A DNA stretch of 60,238 bases, taken from Conidiobolus incongruus B7586 (taxonomy: Eukaryota). Both the position numbers and the translations under genes were made by a program. Numbering within the stretch: the first letter of the stretch is position 1; each line of letters opens with the position of its first letter. The DNA lies in the NCBI GenBank assembly GCA_000697335.1, contig JNEM01013289.1, forward strand, positions 1-60,238, given 5' to 3'. The notes beneath the pieces were generated by a model. The model saw only the letters and a list, made by a program, of their open reading frames with translations, was not told the DNA's origin and did not search any database. Shown here one piece after another: positions 14,841 to 28,215 of this stretch.

Positions 14841-15912
14841 ATGAACTCTGCTAATGTAAACTCACCTGTACTTGTTACTGGAGGATCAGGATATATTGGA
14901 TTTCGTATTGTTTATGAATTGTTGAAAAAAGGCTATAAAGTTCATACTACCACTCGTAGTTTAGAATCTTCAAGCGCTAAAAAGTTGAAGAAATTACAGG
15001 ATGATTTCCCAAATCAGTTACGAATTTTTGAAGCTGATCTTCTTACCGATGGTGCATATGAAGAAAGTTTGAAGGGTGTTAAGGCTGTTATGCATGTTGC
15101 TACTCCTGTCAACTTCCACCCTGTTGATGCTGAAAGAGATATGGTTAAGCCAGCTGTACAAGGTAATTAAAATTATTGACTTTGCAATATTTTTCTAAAT
15201 ATCATCAATATCAGGTACCATGAATGTTTTAAAGAGTTGTCTCGATTGCGATACCTTAGAAACTATTATTGTCACTTCTAGTACTTCTTCTGTATTTGCT
15301 AATATTCCCACTCCTGGGGTTGTTTATGATGAAAGCAATTGGAATACAACCTCTCGCATCGATTTCAATCCCTATGCCTATTCTAAAACACTTGCTGAGA
15401 AGAAATTCTGGGAATTTGCAGAAGAGAATAAAACTCGATTCCGTTACGTCGCCATTAACCCCTGTGTCGTTGCTGGTCCTTACGTCTACCCAGAACTCGA
15501 GAAGGAGAGTGAAAATGTTGGTGTAGGTTATCTTACAGATATTTTATTTGGTCGTGGAGAGTTAATTCAGGGTAATTTCATACTCAATTTATAAATAATG
15601 GTTTTTAATGTAAATATTTGAATAGGTGAAATGAACTTAGTTGACGTCAGAGATGTCGCCAAAGCCCACATTGCTGCTTTGGAAAAATCTAACATTACTG
15701 GTAGAAATATCATTTGCTCTAACAGTATCACCTGGGCTCATATCGCTGATTTGTTGAAGCAGCATTATCCCAATCAACCCATCGTCACTAAACCCTCTGA
15801 AGAAAAATGGGAAAGATTCCCAATTAATAACTCCAAATCTGTTCAAGAACTCGGTATGGAATATATTGACGTTGATCAAACTGTTCTCGATACGGTTAAA
15901 CAATTTATTTAA
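14841..15912 (+). CDS. NAD(P)-dependent epimerase/dehydratase-fold reductase (Gre2 / dihydroflavonol reductase-like), 3 exons
   Basis: Rossmann motif VLVTGGSGYIG, HVATP, TSS, catalytic YAYSK and VDVRDVAKAHI. Exons ~14841-15162, 15214-15571 and 15626-15912. Confidence 0.9.
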
Positions 15913-16737
15913 ATAATTATAAAGGTATATTAATTTCAATATATAGTATATTATGAATATAGTAGATAATTCAAATTGAAGTTTGATTTGTGTCTAAAAA
16001 TTTAAATTTTTTATTTAATTAAAAATTAATAACATGATATTAAATTTTGAAAAAGATATAATTAATATATTATAAATGGAATTGCTAATTAATTTTTGTA
16101 ATTTAGATTTATATTAATTAATATTACAAAACATGAAAATTTAAGGATATATAGTATATATCAACTGATACATTTGTGACATATAGCAATTTTTTGAATC
16201 AATTTCATATTAATATTTTCCATCTTTTAAGATTATATTTTCAAACAATATTTTGATTTATTTAATTTGTAAATCATTGATTTTAAATTGGTTATGATCC
16301 TTAAAAATGGTTTTATTAAACTTTCAGTTAATAAATTATAATTTTTAATATATTATCGATGAAATAATGAATTTTATTTATCATTAAATTTTATAGTGTA
16401 GATTTTAACGTTAAATATTTAAAAACTATTTTATTTTGTTATTGTAATTGTAAAAATAAGACAATTATTTATATCAAAACTAATTTAAATTTGAAATTAA
16501 TATTAAATGGATAAAATTATATAATTAATAAATGATCAAATATATCAAATATTATATATATAAGAATTAATTTTTTTATTTTAAAATATACAGTTGAATT
16601 AGTATTTTAATTGCTTTTAATTTTAATATATTGAATAAAAAGTTGGTACATAAAAATTTAATATCATAACTAGAATAAAATATTCTTAATTTTTAATAAA
16701 TTTTTACTGGTTAAAAAAGTATAATTTTGATAAATTG

Positions 16738-16761
16738 ATATATATATATATATATATATAT
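16738..16761. repeat. (AT)n microsatellite
   Basis: Uninterrupted AT dinucleotide run. Confidence 0.8.
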
Positions 16762-18517
16762 TAATTTAAACTATTGAAAAATTGAATAAACTTTTATTTA
16801 CTACTAAAATATGATGCGTTTATCAGTATTAAATTTAATAAAATTTATATTAAATATAATAAACAGTAATTCCAAAAAACATAATTAACATTTATCAACT
16901 AAATTTAAAAATTTAAGTCAATATAATTAACTATATTAACTTTGAACTAAATCACGTTATTTTTAATATTGCTCTTTATTAGCAATTCCTATTTGCTATT
17001 AAGTAATTTTGTAATTTGTTGGTTTATAAAATTTATATCAAATCATTTAAAGACACACAATGAACAATTAATCATATACCAATATATGTCAAATAATAAA
17101 TAATTTATCATACCTAAATGCTAATATTAATAATTGTTTTGTTATACTTATATTATATTCTAGAATGGTGATTTTATCTAAATTTGCTATATAAATTTTA
17201 TAGTTAGTTTATTTGAAATTTTGACAAATTTAAAATATTTAATAATATATATTATCATATCTTAATACATCAAATTTCGTATGTAATTTAAACAAAAAAA
17301 GGTATTATAAAAAATAGAATTTTAAGAGCGATTGTTTACATGCAATTTATATTATCAGTCATAATACAAAAACAATATTATATAAGTATAACTATCAGTG
17401 TTGAAAATAATTCATGAAGCTATAATTTTTTCATTATAATAAATAGTTAATAATTCACTTTTTGCTAAATATATATTGATAAAAATGAGTATACCTTATT
17501 CAAGATATAACCGATTAGTGTTAATTTTTGAAATAGTTATATTAAATTGAATCAATATATTTATAAAACGAATATGATTAACAACTAAATAAAAACTTGG
17601 ATAATATGAAATATAACATGAGAGTTCTTTATTTATTAATTTATCTAACTTAAAAATTTTTTTAAATTAATTACCAATGAATCAGAACAATAATAATTTA
17701 TATTTCAAGGCAATAAATTGATAATTAAAATTAAAATTCAATTAAATGTGAATTATATTGGATTAATATAATTTATTTGAATATCAAAAAAAAAATTAAA
17801 GACTGAATAGAATGTAATAATATATTATTAAAGAATATTTGAAGTGAATATATTTATAAATAAATTAATTGATAATGAAGTGATGTGTAAATATAAACTA
17901 ATTATTAAAATTAGTAAAGGTCAAAAAATCTTAAATTAGATACACAACACATTACAAATATTCAAAATCAAAAGCAAGAATTTAAATTATTGATAAAATG
18001 TTAGTATAATAATGGAATACATACTGAAACACTAGTTGAATGAACTTGTCAAGTAATAGCAAAGTAAGGATGTAATAAGATCATACTTATATTCTGAATT
18101 ATCAACTGAATTAATGAAAGGAAAATAAATATGATAGTTTATATATATACAGATGTAAATGTCAAATTAAGGAAAAAGAAGTTTCGGAATAACATTGCTC
18201 ATGATATATTATGTATTCTTTGAAAATTTTAAATGCAGAGAAGAATAAAAAAATCTATATAAATATTTAGTATTATAGAAGAATAGAAATTAAATATACT
18301 AAGGGTGATTTGATAAAAAGCAATAAAAGACATATTATTTAGTACTTGCAACATAAATCGGATACTCGTTCGATATCGGAGGAATGCGTGAATAAATCCA
18401 AAGCTATTCTATAGAGAGTCAGATTGATAGTATTAGTACTCTAGTTATTCAATATGGTTGATTGCAATATAATATTTATTATTGGTACAAACCAAACCAA
18501 GTGGATAGTGAAGATTT

Positions 18518-19368
18518 TTAGTTCTTGTAACCACGGCTGGCACGACGACCACGAGCACGCTCGAATTTGCGTCCCTTGGAGCGGACGTAGGGCCTAAAAT
18601 TACAATGGTTAGTAAAAAATAAATTTTGTAAATACATTCAAAAAACACATACTTGGCGTGGCTCTTGGGGACACCGGCAGCTCCGAAGTGCTTGACGGCT
18701 TCACGAGCGTTCTTTCTACCACGGAGTAACAAACAGTTAGAACCAGTGGGAGCTCTCAAAGCGAGTTGATCGAAAGTCAAACATTCACCACCAGCTTGAG
18801 TAATGCGGGCACGGGCAGTGCGAGTGAAACGAAGAGCACAGACCTTTAAGGCAGGGACTTCGGGAAGACGTTCGTCGTTGGTAACGGTACCAACAATGAC
18901 GATGGTCTTATCTTTGTTGTTAGCGGAAAGCTTGACAAGGCGAGAGATGGAGACAGGAGGGCGGTGAATGCGAGACATAAAGAGACGCTTCAAAACGACC
19001 TTGTTGAAGTCGGACTCGGTACGACGAGCCAAGAAACGGTACAACTTGACCAAAAGACTCAAGTAGACGTTAGTGCTACGGGGAGCCTTACGGTTCTTGT
19101 TGCGGACGTGGTGCTTAACAATATCAATACCCTAATTATTAAAGATTTGTTTAGTAATTGAACATCACATATGTTTTGATTAATCATTTTGTTGTTGATT
19201 TATAAATTTTTGATTAATTGATGTGCTCATTTAGTATTATTTAATATCGTTTTGTTTGTTTTATCACGTATAATCCATTGCATCCATTATTTTATCCTCT
19301 TTAATTATTACATATTCATCTTATTTTGTTTACTTTGATTTCTTTTGTTGACCTTTACTACTCACCAT
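18518..19368 (-). CDS. RPL18: 60S ribosomal protein L18 (eL18), 3 exons
   Basis: ATG-only first exon (19366-19368) and intron 19132-19365, then [18 protein letters not shown]...LYRFLARRT...[12 protein letters not shown]. After a second short intron: [24 protein letters not shown]. Confidence 0.97.
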
Positions 19369-20010
19369 TTCGTCAAATTGTTATCCCGTAGCGGTAATCG
19401 AAGAGAAGGTTATAGACCCATAATTACACCCGACTTATCACACACTTTTCCCTAAATTCGATTAATTTTTTTATTATAATTTTAATTTTGGTTGGTAAAT
19501 TAATCTAACATAATTTGATGATTTCACTATTATCCCATAATCTTTTCAAATGAAATTTTATTTAAATATATTTATTACCTGTATTCTCTTAGTGTATAAA
19601 CCCCAACTATCAACCTGTTAGTTTATTCATTCAATTCATTTAATAAATATGAAGTTATCATTAGTTCATATATTTTACTACAAATTCTCAATTTACACTT
19701 TAAATTTACATTATCTATTACTCGATTTATATTTTTATTTTAACTTTTTATTTCTAAATCAAATTAAATATAAATTTTTATTAATTTATTAATAATATTT
19801 GTATTTAAATATTTATATTTTAATTGATTTCTATATTTAAAGAATCTATATACATTTTAACTCAAAAATTTCAATTTAAACATTAGATATAATTATATTG
19901 ATAAATTTAATATTTTTTCTATCTTTAAAATTTAAAGAGTATTAATAATTCTTACTATTTTAATTCACATTTTGCAGTTCATTCTGCAATATTTTTTATT
20001 GTATATAAGG

Positions 20011-20011
<1 letters not shown>

Positions 20012-20042
<31 letters not shown>
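20012..20042. repeat. (TA)n microsatellite
   Basis: About 15 uninterrupted TA units. Confidence 0.85.
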
Positions 20043-20045
<3 letters not shown>

Positions 20046-20046
20046 A

Positions 20047-20650
20047 TTAATTGGAACGCTTATTAGATAAATTTAAATTCGAACCATTTTGTGATAGTGA
20101 CCTCTTTTTGTTCTTTTTAGATGTCTAAAAAATGAAATATAAATATTTCAATATAATATTTTCAAATTATTATTTACTTGACATAAAGAATATAAAAATT
20201 TTAATTCTGCTTCATCTGTAATATGTCCGAAATCTTGAAACAATCACTAAGTATTAGTATTTATTATCATTTGATATTTTATTTACTCTGGTGGGGTAGT
20301 GGTTGAGTACAATGGTCGGGAATATATATGGGTAAACGATAATGTTGCGTTTCGTTTGGTTCATACTTTGATAATATCCCTTCGTTCGAGCTTAACCCTT
20401 CAAATAAGTCTTCCACTAGAATATATAGTTAATTGATTACTGATTCAGAATAGAAGTATTATCAAATGAATTACTTTTTGATTTTGAATAATTATTTAAA
20501 TCATTTTTTTGTGTTTTAACAAAGTGACCGGTTAAATTTCATTTATTATTCTTATGGGTTATTGATTATTTGTTAGTAATTATTTTTAAATATTGATTTT
20601 ATGGCAATAAATTGGTCATATTGGATAAATATTTAATGAAGTTGTTTATT
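20047..20650 (-). pseudogene. Decayed spliced gene of unknown family
   Basis: Three intact-looking GT..AG introns join in one phase to give ...IIIQNQK|WKTYLKG*ARTKGYYQSMNQTKRNIIVYPYIFPTIVLNHYPTR|*LFQDFGHITDEAELKFLYSLCQ|TSKKNKKRSLSQNGSNLNLSNKRSN*, with internal stops. Confidence 0.4.
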
Positions 20651-21142
20651 TCTGAATGAATAGCATAAATATATGAATTATGTTGTTCAATTTATAAGTT
20701 TTTTTTATATATTATAATAATGAAAATAATCAATAATTAATCATCGAATAAATGTATAATAAATTATAATATAAATTAATGTATTATTTTATAAATATAA
20801 ATGATAGTAGTACTATATGTATGTTATTAGGCTAATTACAATGCTATAAATAATGAAAATATTCTTAATATATAATATACTTAAACATTATTTTAAAACA
20901 AATAAAATAATAATATAATATAAATTCAAATTTAAATTTGCCATTTAATTACAATTATTTAATGGAGTAATATTAGGATTGACTGTAATGTAAATAAGGT
21001 GGATAATGATAATTGATGTAACATAATGTTTATCATAATATCACATAAATTTATGTTTTAATTCTATAATTCATTTTTAATTATTCAATATAAAATTATA
21101 ACTTTCATTAATAGAATATACATAATTATATATTTATACAAG

Positions 21143-23632
21143 ATGAGCTTTAATAATTCGAATACAGGATGGTCCAACAAAGTTGATACTAACAAATGCT
21201 CTTCAAGCAAAGAGGACCCGTTTGCTTCATTAATCAACTTGAATAAATCTTCTTCAAAGCCACCAACTCCAATGGCATCGCCTCAACCGACAACTCAGGC
21301 CAAGGGATTAGCTCCATCTGGTGGTTTGTTTTGGAGTATGAAAACTTCAACTGTTATTCATAATAATAATCAGCAACCTTCAAATGTTTCTTTGAATAAG
21401 TTAGCTGCAGAGCAGAGTTTTAGTTCATCACCTACTCTTAGTAGTACACCTACAGGCGGATATGTTTCAGCTTCATCTAAAACGTATTTTAATATTCAAT
21501 TGTTCTATATTTATTGAATACTAACCACTTATTTAATAGATCTGATCCATGGGACCTAGATTTCTTATCAAATGCTTCTTCAAAATCTAAGCCAGCTACT
21601 CCTATACCTAACTTCGACCCCTTTGATGTTAGCTCTTTGAAAGTAATTAGCTCAATACTTGAAATTTAGAATTTTATTTATATCAATCTCGATTTAGAGT
21701 AGTAACAATTCGAAAACTTCAATTCACCAGTCAGATCCTTTCGGCCCAATTCCTTCCACGAAGGTGCACCCTCCTCAAGATCCTTTTGACGATCAGAATG
21801 ATTTCCTCGGAGAGCTTGGTAAGCCATATAGTCCCCGAGTGAGCTCTCCTCTGCATGATACTCGCACTCCAGAAGACACTTCAGTCGATTTTGCCTTGGC
21901 TCAATTGATGGAAGAAGGGTTTGAATTGGAAGCAGCAAAAGTTGCTTTGCAACTTGAAGGAAATAATGTTGAACAAGCCAGGCAAACTTTATTACAACAG
22001 CAATCTATCCAGAACAGAAATAGTCAGCCTTCCCGATTTTCAAGTGACGAAGAAGAATGGCTCGGTCGACCACCCGTCCCCCCACATCGCTCCAATACAA
22101 GAAATCAAACAAATTCCAACTTGCCATTTTTCAAAAACATTAATCAAGACCAAATAATGCAACAGGCAAACGAGTTTGGAACTAACGTGTTTAACAAAGC
22201 TCAGATATTTTTTAACAAATCTAAGCAAAAGATGAAAGAAAAATGGGAAGAAATCCAGAGCTCTGATTTTTCATCTGGTCACTCAACACCCCCAGAATTT
22301 AGTGACAGGTATGAAAGGAGAAGAAAGTTTGGAAATTATGAAGTTGATAGAAATCAGGGTTACTCAAGCGATGATGATTTTCCAAATAGTCATGAAAGAT
22401 ATAGAGATGACTCCGATGATGAAGATCATACAGGTTATCAAAAGTTCGACTCCGAGATGGGTGAATTTGGCAACTCTACTCGTCAAAGAAATGACTTGAG
22501 CGCTTCCCCAATCTTTAATTCATCCAAACCACCAACCTTGAATAAACAGCCGGAACCTGAGCTAGATCTGTTAGGTTTGTCAAACATCTCTTCCTCTACA
22601 TCTTCACGTCAACAACCCTCGCCTTCAGCTCAGAGGCATTCACCATCCCAACAACATAGTTCGAGACCTCGACCCCCTGTACCTTCTAGGTCATCAAAAC
22701 CACCTGCATCATCAACTCCTCCTCCAGTGGATAAAGCTTCAGTAGATACACAAACACTTGCAAAATCTGAGCAATTGCGTCAGAAGGGCAATGAATTTTT
22801 CAAACTTGGACAATATGATCAAGCCCAACAATATTATACCCAGGCAATTAATATTCTCCCCGCTCAGCATCCTAATTTAATTCCATTATTAAACAATCGA
22901 TCTGCATCATTGCTAAAATCGGGTGATTTCAGCAAAGTACTGCAAGACTGTAATCATGTCATTCAAATGATTGGTCCCCACAAGAACTACACACCTCAAA
23001 ATAGCAATTCAACTTCTTTGATGGCTCAGATGAACTTAAAGGAACACTACTGTAAATGTATAATCAAGCTAGGTACAGCCCTAGAAGGCCTAGAGAAATT
23101 TAGCGAAGCAATGGCCAAATATCAAGATCTAGTTCAGCTTGGATCCAGTCAATTCTTACCACAAGCTAATCAGGGTATTCAACGATGCCAGAAAGCTTTG
23201 AAACCCAAGCCTAAACCTGTATATAAGCCTCCTGCTAAACCTGCAGCTAAAGTTGAAGTTAATCGCTCTGATGCTGTTCAGAAGTTAAGACAGCAGCAAG
23301 TGGCTCAGGATAGAGAAGAAGATCAGAGATTACAAATAACCGATCAAGTTGAAGCAAAAGTAAACGCATGGAAGCAAGGCAAAGAGGGAAATATCCGTGC
23401 GCTATTGAGTTCTCTTCATACTTTGCTATGGCCTGAACTCAATTGGAAGACAATAGGTCTTGGTGATGTCTTAACCGACAAGCAAGTTAAGATTTGTTAT
23501 ATGCGAGCGATTGGTAAACTCCATCCTGACAAACTCTCTCAGTCAACCACTGTAGAGCAAAAGTTGATGGCTAATTTAGTATTTGCAGCTTTAAATCGAA
23601 GCTGGGATGAATTCCAAAATGGTAATAAATAA
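21143..23632 (+). CDS. SWA2: Auxilin-like clathrin uncoating factor (UBA + TPR + C-terminal J domain), 3 exons
   Basis: Exons 21143-21483, 21540-21642 and 21698-23632 stay in frame. DPF/DPW motifs, UBA (LAQLMEEGFELEAAKVAL), TPR (RQKGNEFFKLGQYDQAQQYY) and auxilin J domain (NIRALLSSLHTLLW...YMRAIGKLHPDKL). Confidence 0.9.
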
Positions 23633-23901
23633 TCAAGCTGTTCAAGGATCTATATCAGTATAATTTTTTAAACCAACTATAATAGATTTTTTTCATGATT
23701 AATCATTAATTCTCAAAACCAGCATTTACAATAAAAATTAAAAATTTAACCATCATTGATTTAAAATTCGCTACTTAATTTTGATATTAATAATATAAAC
23801 AATTAAATACACCCAGATGGATTTTATTCATCATAAATCATTACAGTATTTAACAAGATTCGAGAAAATTTAGCAATTATAATAAGTTGAATAAAAATGA
23901 T

Positions 23902-26790
23902 TTAAGCCAAACCAAGGCTGCTTTTGGAAATGCAATCTAAAAACCACTTTTTGTCGCGAATGAAGATACCATTCTCCTGAGAAGACGTGGTAGAAGTGTC
24001 AATTTGGTCACGTATGATAACAAGTTTCATATGATCATTCACACCTTTAACATGAGTTGGAGGTTTTGGTGTGACGATACCTTTACCTATCTTTACCAAA
24101 TTTCTAAGTTCAGTTTTGTTGGCACCTCCCGAGTCGAATTTGCCATCAAAGTAGAATTCAAAGCCAGAAAATAATCCAAAAACCTAAGGTTATTGATTAA
24201 TATATTATATTTTAAAAAATATTAGTTATATTACCTCACCAATAGGTCGTTCAAAAGCCAATTTGGGTCCAGCACAGGGGTAAATAGCAGAGTCGCCTTG
24301 AACAATGAAAGGCTCTTCTTCAAGAAGACCACCAGCATGAATGCTTTGAATTATCCCTATATTTAAATTAATATACTAGTAATATTTTAGTGATAATTTA
24401 AAAAACTAACAATCATAGCTTAAAATTTTCTGTGATAGAAGCAAGCCAAACAAATATTTACTACTTCGAATGCAACCTTTCTCTAATTCTTTATATTGAC
24501 CAATGAGGTGAGTAGTTTTAGGATCATAGGGTTTACTTGATGTGAGGGTAACGTTGACACCAATTGCTTTTAGATATTTAATATCTTCAGTCAATCGATC
24601 CTAAAAATTTAATGGCAATTATTTTTGGAATTCGAAAAACATTATAAATATTAAAATACCCTAAAATCACTATTTAATCCGGTTGTGGCCAGGTAGATTT
24701 TCTTCCAAGGTTTAGCTTTAATAGAATATTCTGTAATATTGGACATCGTGCCATTTATATTGTTCGAGGTTGATTTGGAAACCTTGAGTGATTTAGTTGA
24801 TTCCAATTTTAATAATTGTTTAACAGATGATAAGCTTTTTACAAAGCTTGAATCTGCTTCTGAGCTCGATGTACGATTTTTCTTTGAATTGGCAGTTCTG
24901 GACGATGGGAATCTAAGGTTGTTACATGCTTTACACTTGCGTCTTTTACAATTATTCAATAGTGTGCACTTGGTACAAGTCCACTCTGAAGTATCTGAAT
25001 CTGGAGTGGGAATAGACTATAGACCAATATATATAGGTGATCAAACAGTTAATAATAATCTACATACCTTGGTCTGACCTAATATTTTCTTTGATTTGGT
25101 ATTAGAGGAATAGCTATCTTTTGGTTCTACTTTCAGGGATTTATTCTAAATTATCAAATTAGAATTATTAAAAATTATTTGCAAAAAGTGAAGGAATACA
25201 GTAATATCTGGCGATTGCTGAGATTTAAACTTCTTAGAATTAGGTTCTTTGAGCAATTTCTTTCTGGTTTTACCAGGTTTTGTATTAGAATCAATTGATT
25301 CCTAAAGAAATAATGACGATTAGTTAAAATTTTAAGGATATGTAACTTGAAAAATACATCTAATTGGGATTGAGGTGGTTTAGTGCTAGGTAAAATGAGT
25401 GAATCAAGTTGCATAGTATTATCCTATCAACAATCAAAAATGGATCAGCAAAAATATAATAATATTAGAATGAACGAATTGCTTACATTAGTCAATTCGT
25501 CTTTAAATTGATCACATTGAGAATTAGATGGAATCTTGATATAATCAAACTTATCCAATGGCCCTAGAGTTTTAAGGGTACAAGAATCAACTTTAATTGG
25601 ATCCTATAAACATAATAGGGTTAAAATATGTTACTAATAAAAAGATAAGTGATATACTTGGATGTGACTCGGGTTAATCGAAGTATCTTCTGGATGATTC
25701 ATAGTTATACTCAGCATTCCAGGAGCATCAATTCCATCAAAAGATGAATTGACTTGATCGTTATTTTGATTGATTTGATTTTTGGACTGATTATACTTCC
25801 CCGCAAATTGTGTGTTTTGGGTACACATAACCATATCTACTTCGCTTCGACTGAAATCCAATAAATTTAAATCATTAAGTCCAATGTCTATAGTTCCAGG
25901 ATTTTGAGATTGAATAATGCTAAATTCTTGTGAGTTAGGAAGGAGTGCTTCAGGGTTGACAGTAGTATTTGGGTCACTCGTTTGTGAGTTGAATTTCTGT
26001 GTTGATGTAAATGGAGCATCAATTGAAAGATTGTCATTTAAAAAATCTCTTGAACCTAGCTTTGGATCGGATTTTGTTGTTTTCTGAGATGGGTTCTGGG
26101 TCGAAGTGAAAACAGTATACTGAGAATTTGATATATATTTTTTACTAAAAGGCCCGTTCACAGGATTCATTTGGGTTAACACCGTTTTGATAGGAGGAGG
26201 ATTATTCAGATTGTTAATTTTGGGAGATGTTTTCACTGATACATCAGTTAATTGAGTGATGCCCATTGATATTTCCTCAGGTTGACTATTTTCTATACTT
26301 TCTTTCATAGATGTTAAATTGGATAGGTTAAGTTCGCTGCTTGTCCTTTTCAAATTCAAACTAGAAATATTTGCCATTGAAATATTGCTGAAGCCAACTG
26401 GTGTACCAAGAGCCCTTAATTCATGCAATAACTCAACTAGGTTTCTTATGGGAGGATTACTTTTAATATTTAAAGGTATGGCAAAGCTACCGCAGTCAAA
26501 GCATGTATTATGATTTGGTAAATGGTCTCGAATACATTTGCTAATAAATATAATATATTAAATAAATTGTTATACAAGAAAAGGAAATACGTAAAATGAA
26601 TAACACTTACTCGCAAAATGTATGCCCACATTCGCTGACTGTACTAGCAGATTTATATATATCTTTACTAAAGTAGCATTATTAATATTTGTTTATTCTC
26701 AAGATAATACGTGATATACCAGATAAGACAAGTGAGCTTGGCAGTCAAGATTCTGACTCTGTCATTAAAATCGGAATTATTGGTGGACAT
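23902..26790 (-). CDS. BRCA1: BRCA1-like protein: N-terminal C3HC4 RING, SQ/TQ-rich linker, RanBP2/NZF zinc finger, tandem C-terminal BRCT; multi-exon
   Basis: ATG at 26790. Spliced RING LTCLIC..ECGHTFCDKCI..TCFDC; finger WTCTKCTLLNNCKRRKCKAC at 24924-24983; BRCT1 IYLATTGL...RSSKYLFGLLLSQKILSYDWIIQSI...FIVQGD...GPKLAFER; BRCT2 LFSGFEFYFDGKF...WFLDCIS. No ankyrin repeats seen. Confidence 0.7.
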
Positions 26791-27816
26791 TGAAATTTTT
26801 TAGTGAAATTGAACTAGTTAAAAATATAAAGTTTTTCAAGAGTTATAGTATTTGAAAATAATTTAGAGAAGTTTAAGAAATTAAAAATACAAACAGATAA
26901 ATATAAAAATAAAAGTAAACTAAAAGGGTCAAATTATGTAAACTAACTTAAAAACTCAAAGATTAGACCGAAAAATAAGTTTTAAATGAAAGAACAAGTA
27001 AAGACCAGATCAAGTAGTCATATATGTTTTTGAAAACTGAATTTATAATCAAAAAATTTAAGCGCTATCACCTCTATTTATATCCGATTGAGCCACAGTA
27101 CCAAATTTAGGAACTTACATCCTTAAATTCAACTATAAATTTTCTTAGCCAATAGATTTTTGTTAGAGTGATCTAATTATTAACGTTTTAATTGATTAGC
27201 AAGAATTATGTATAACCATCCAATCAAATGTCAATTTTATTAAACACGAAAGATGATTTGAAATGCTATAAAATTTTGGTGATGATAATAAACACATTGA
27301 TCAAATAATTTTTATCAGCGTTTTTAGTTTAATATGATATATAAATTCATATTATCATCATTAATTTTAAGTCAAAGTTATTATAATATTTTCATAATTT
27401 ATTTTTTATCAAATAATAGATTAATATTATATAATATGCAATCGAAACAACTGAAACCCTTTTCAATATGAAAATAACCTTGGATTTTAAATCCAATAAT
27501 TATCTTTTAATTAAATGCAATATTTTAAATATATAAACGTAAAGTATATCTTGTTAAAAATGATATTAATTAATTCTGTTCTAAACTTAACAATAATCAT
27601 CACAGAAATTATTTCAAAGGATGTATTATCATGATAAAACATCTTCAAGAGTAGTTTAACATCGAAACATACATTGAAATTGATTATTTGTTCTACATTT
27701 ATTAAATATTTTACTAATTTTAAAATTCATTAATTGTTTAATTAATAATATTAGAAAAGATAATTAGTAAAATTTTGAAAAAATTATTAGAAGAATAAAT
27801 CAGGTTTAGTAATTAC

Positions 27817-28215
27817 TTATAATTAAACTGTTCCAAAGTTGTTCAATTTTGATCACTGTTATCCAAGTCTTGTATGAAGTCCAGAGACCCCAAGGAGGTA
27901 AACCTCAACGCTAATCCTGGAAGATTGGCCTGATTGTTTGTTAGATAGCAAGGGGATATTTTTAATTATATTGATCTTTTAATATATCTTTATAATATTT
28001 ATGATATTTGAAAACTTTGGTTAATCCAAGTTACATATATAAATATCAAGCATTTTCACATATTTTGCTTATAAAATACTTGTCATTAACTATTACTTTA
28101 CATCAAAAGTATTCTTTTATAAGGTAAGATTTGCTCATATTTGTAATAAAAATATTCTAATATTATTTTGGCCTTTTTACTTTCAATTCATCTATGTTTT
28201 CTTTTTATTGATATT
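27817..28215 (-). mobile_element. Truncated, degenerate TnpB/Fanzor2 element 3' end (copy A)
   Basis: Reads IKRKHR*IESKKAKIILEYFYYKYEQIL..KEYF*CKVIVNDKYFISKICEN..LGLTKVFKY..KNI..CYLT, a transition-mutated Fanzor2 C-terminus. 75/98 identity with 37203-37300. Confidence 0.8.

Noticed and set aside
27862..27900. LDFIQDL on the minus strand resembling a gypsy integrase motif
   Set aside because: Context is the Fanzor2 C-terminal tail directly after the RuvC-III motif; no other integrase motifs nearby.
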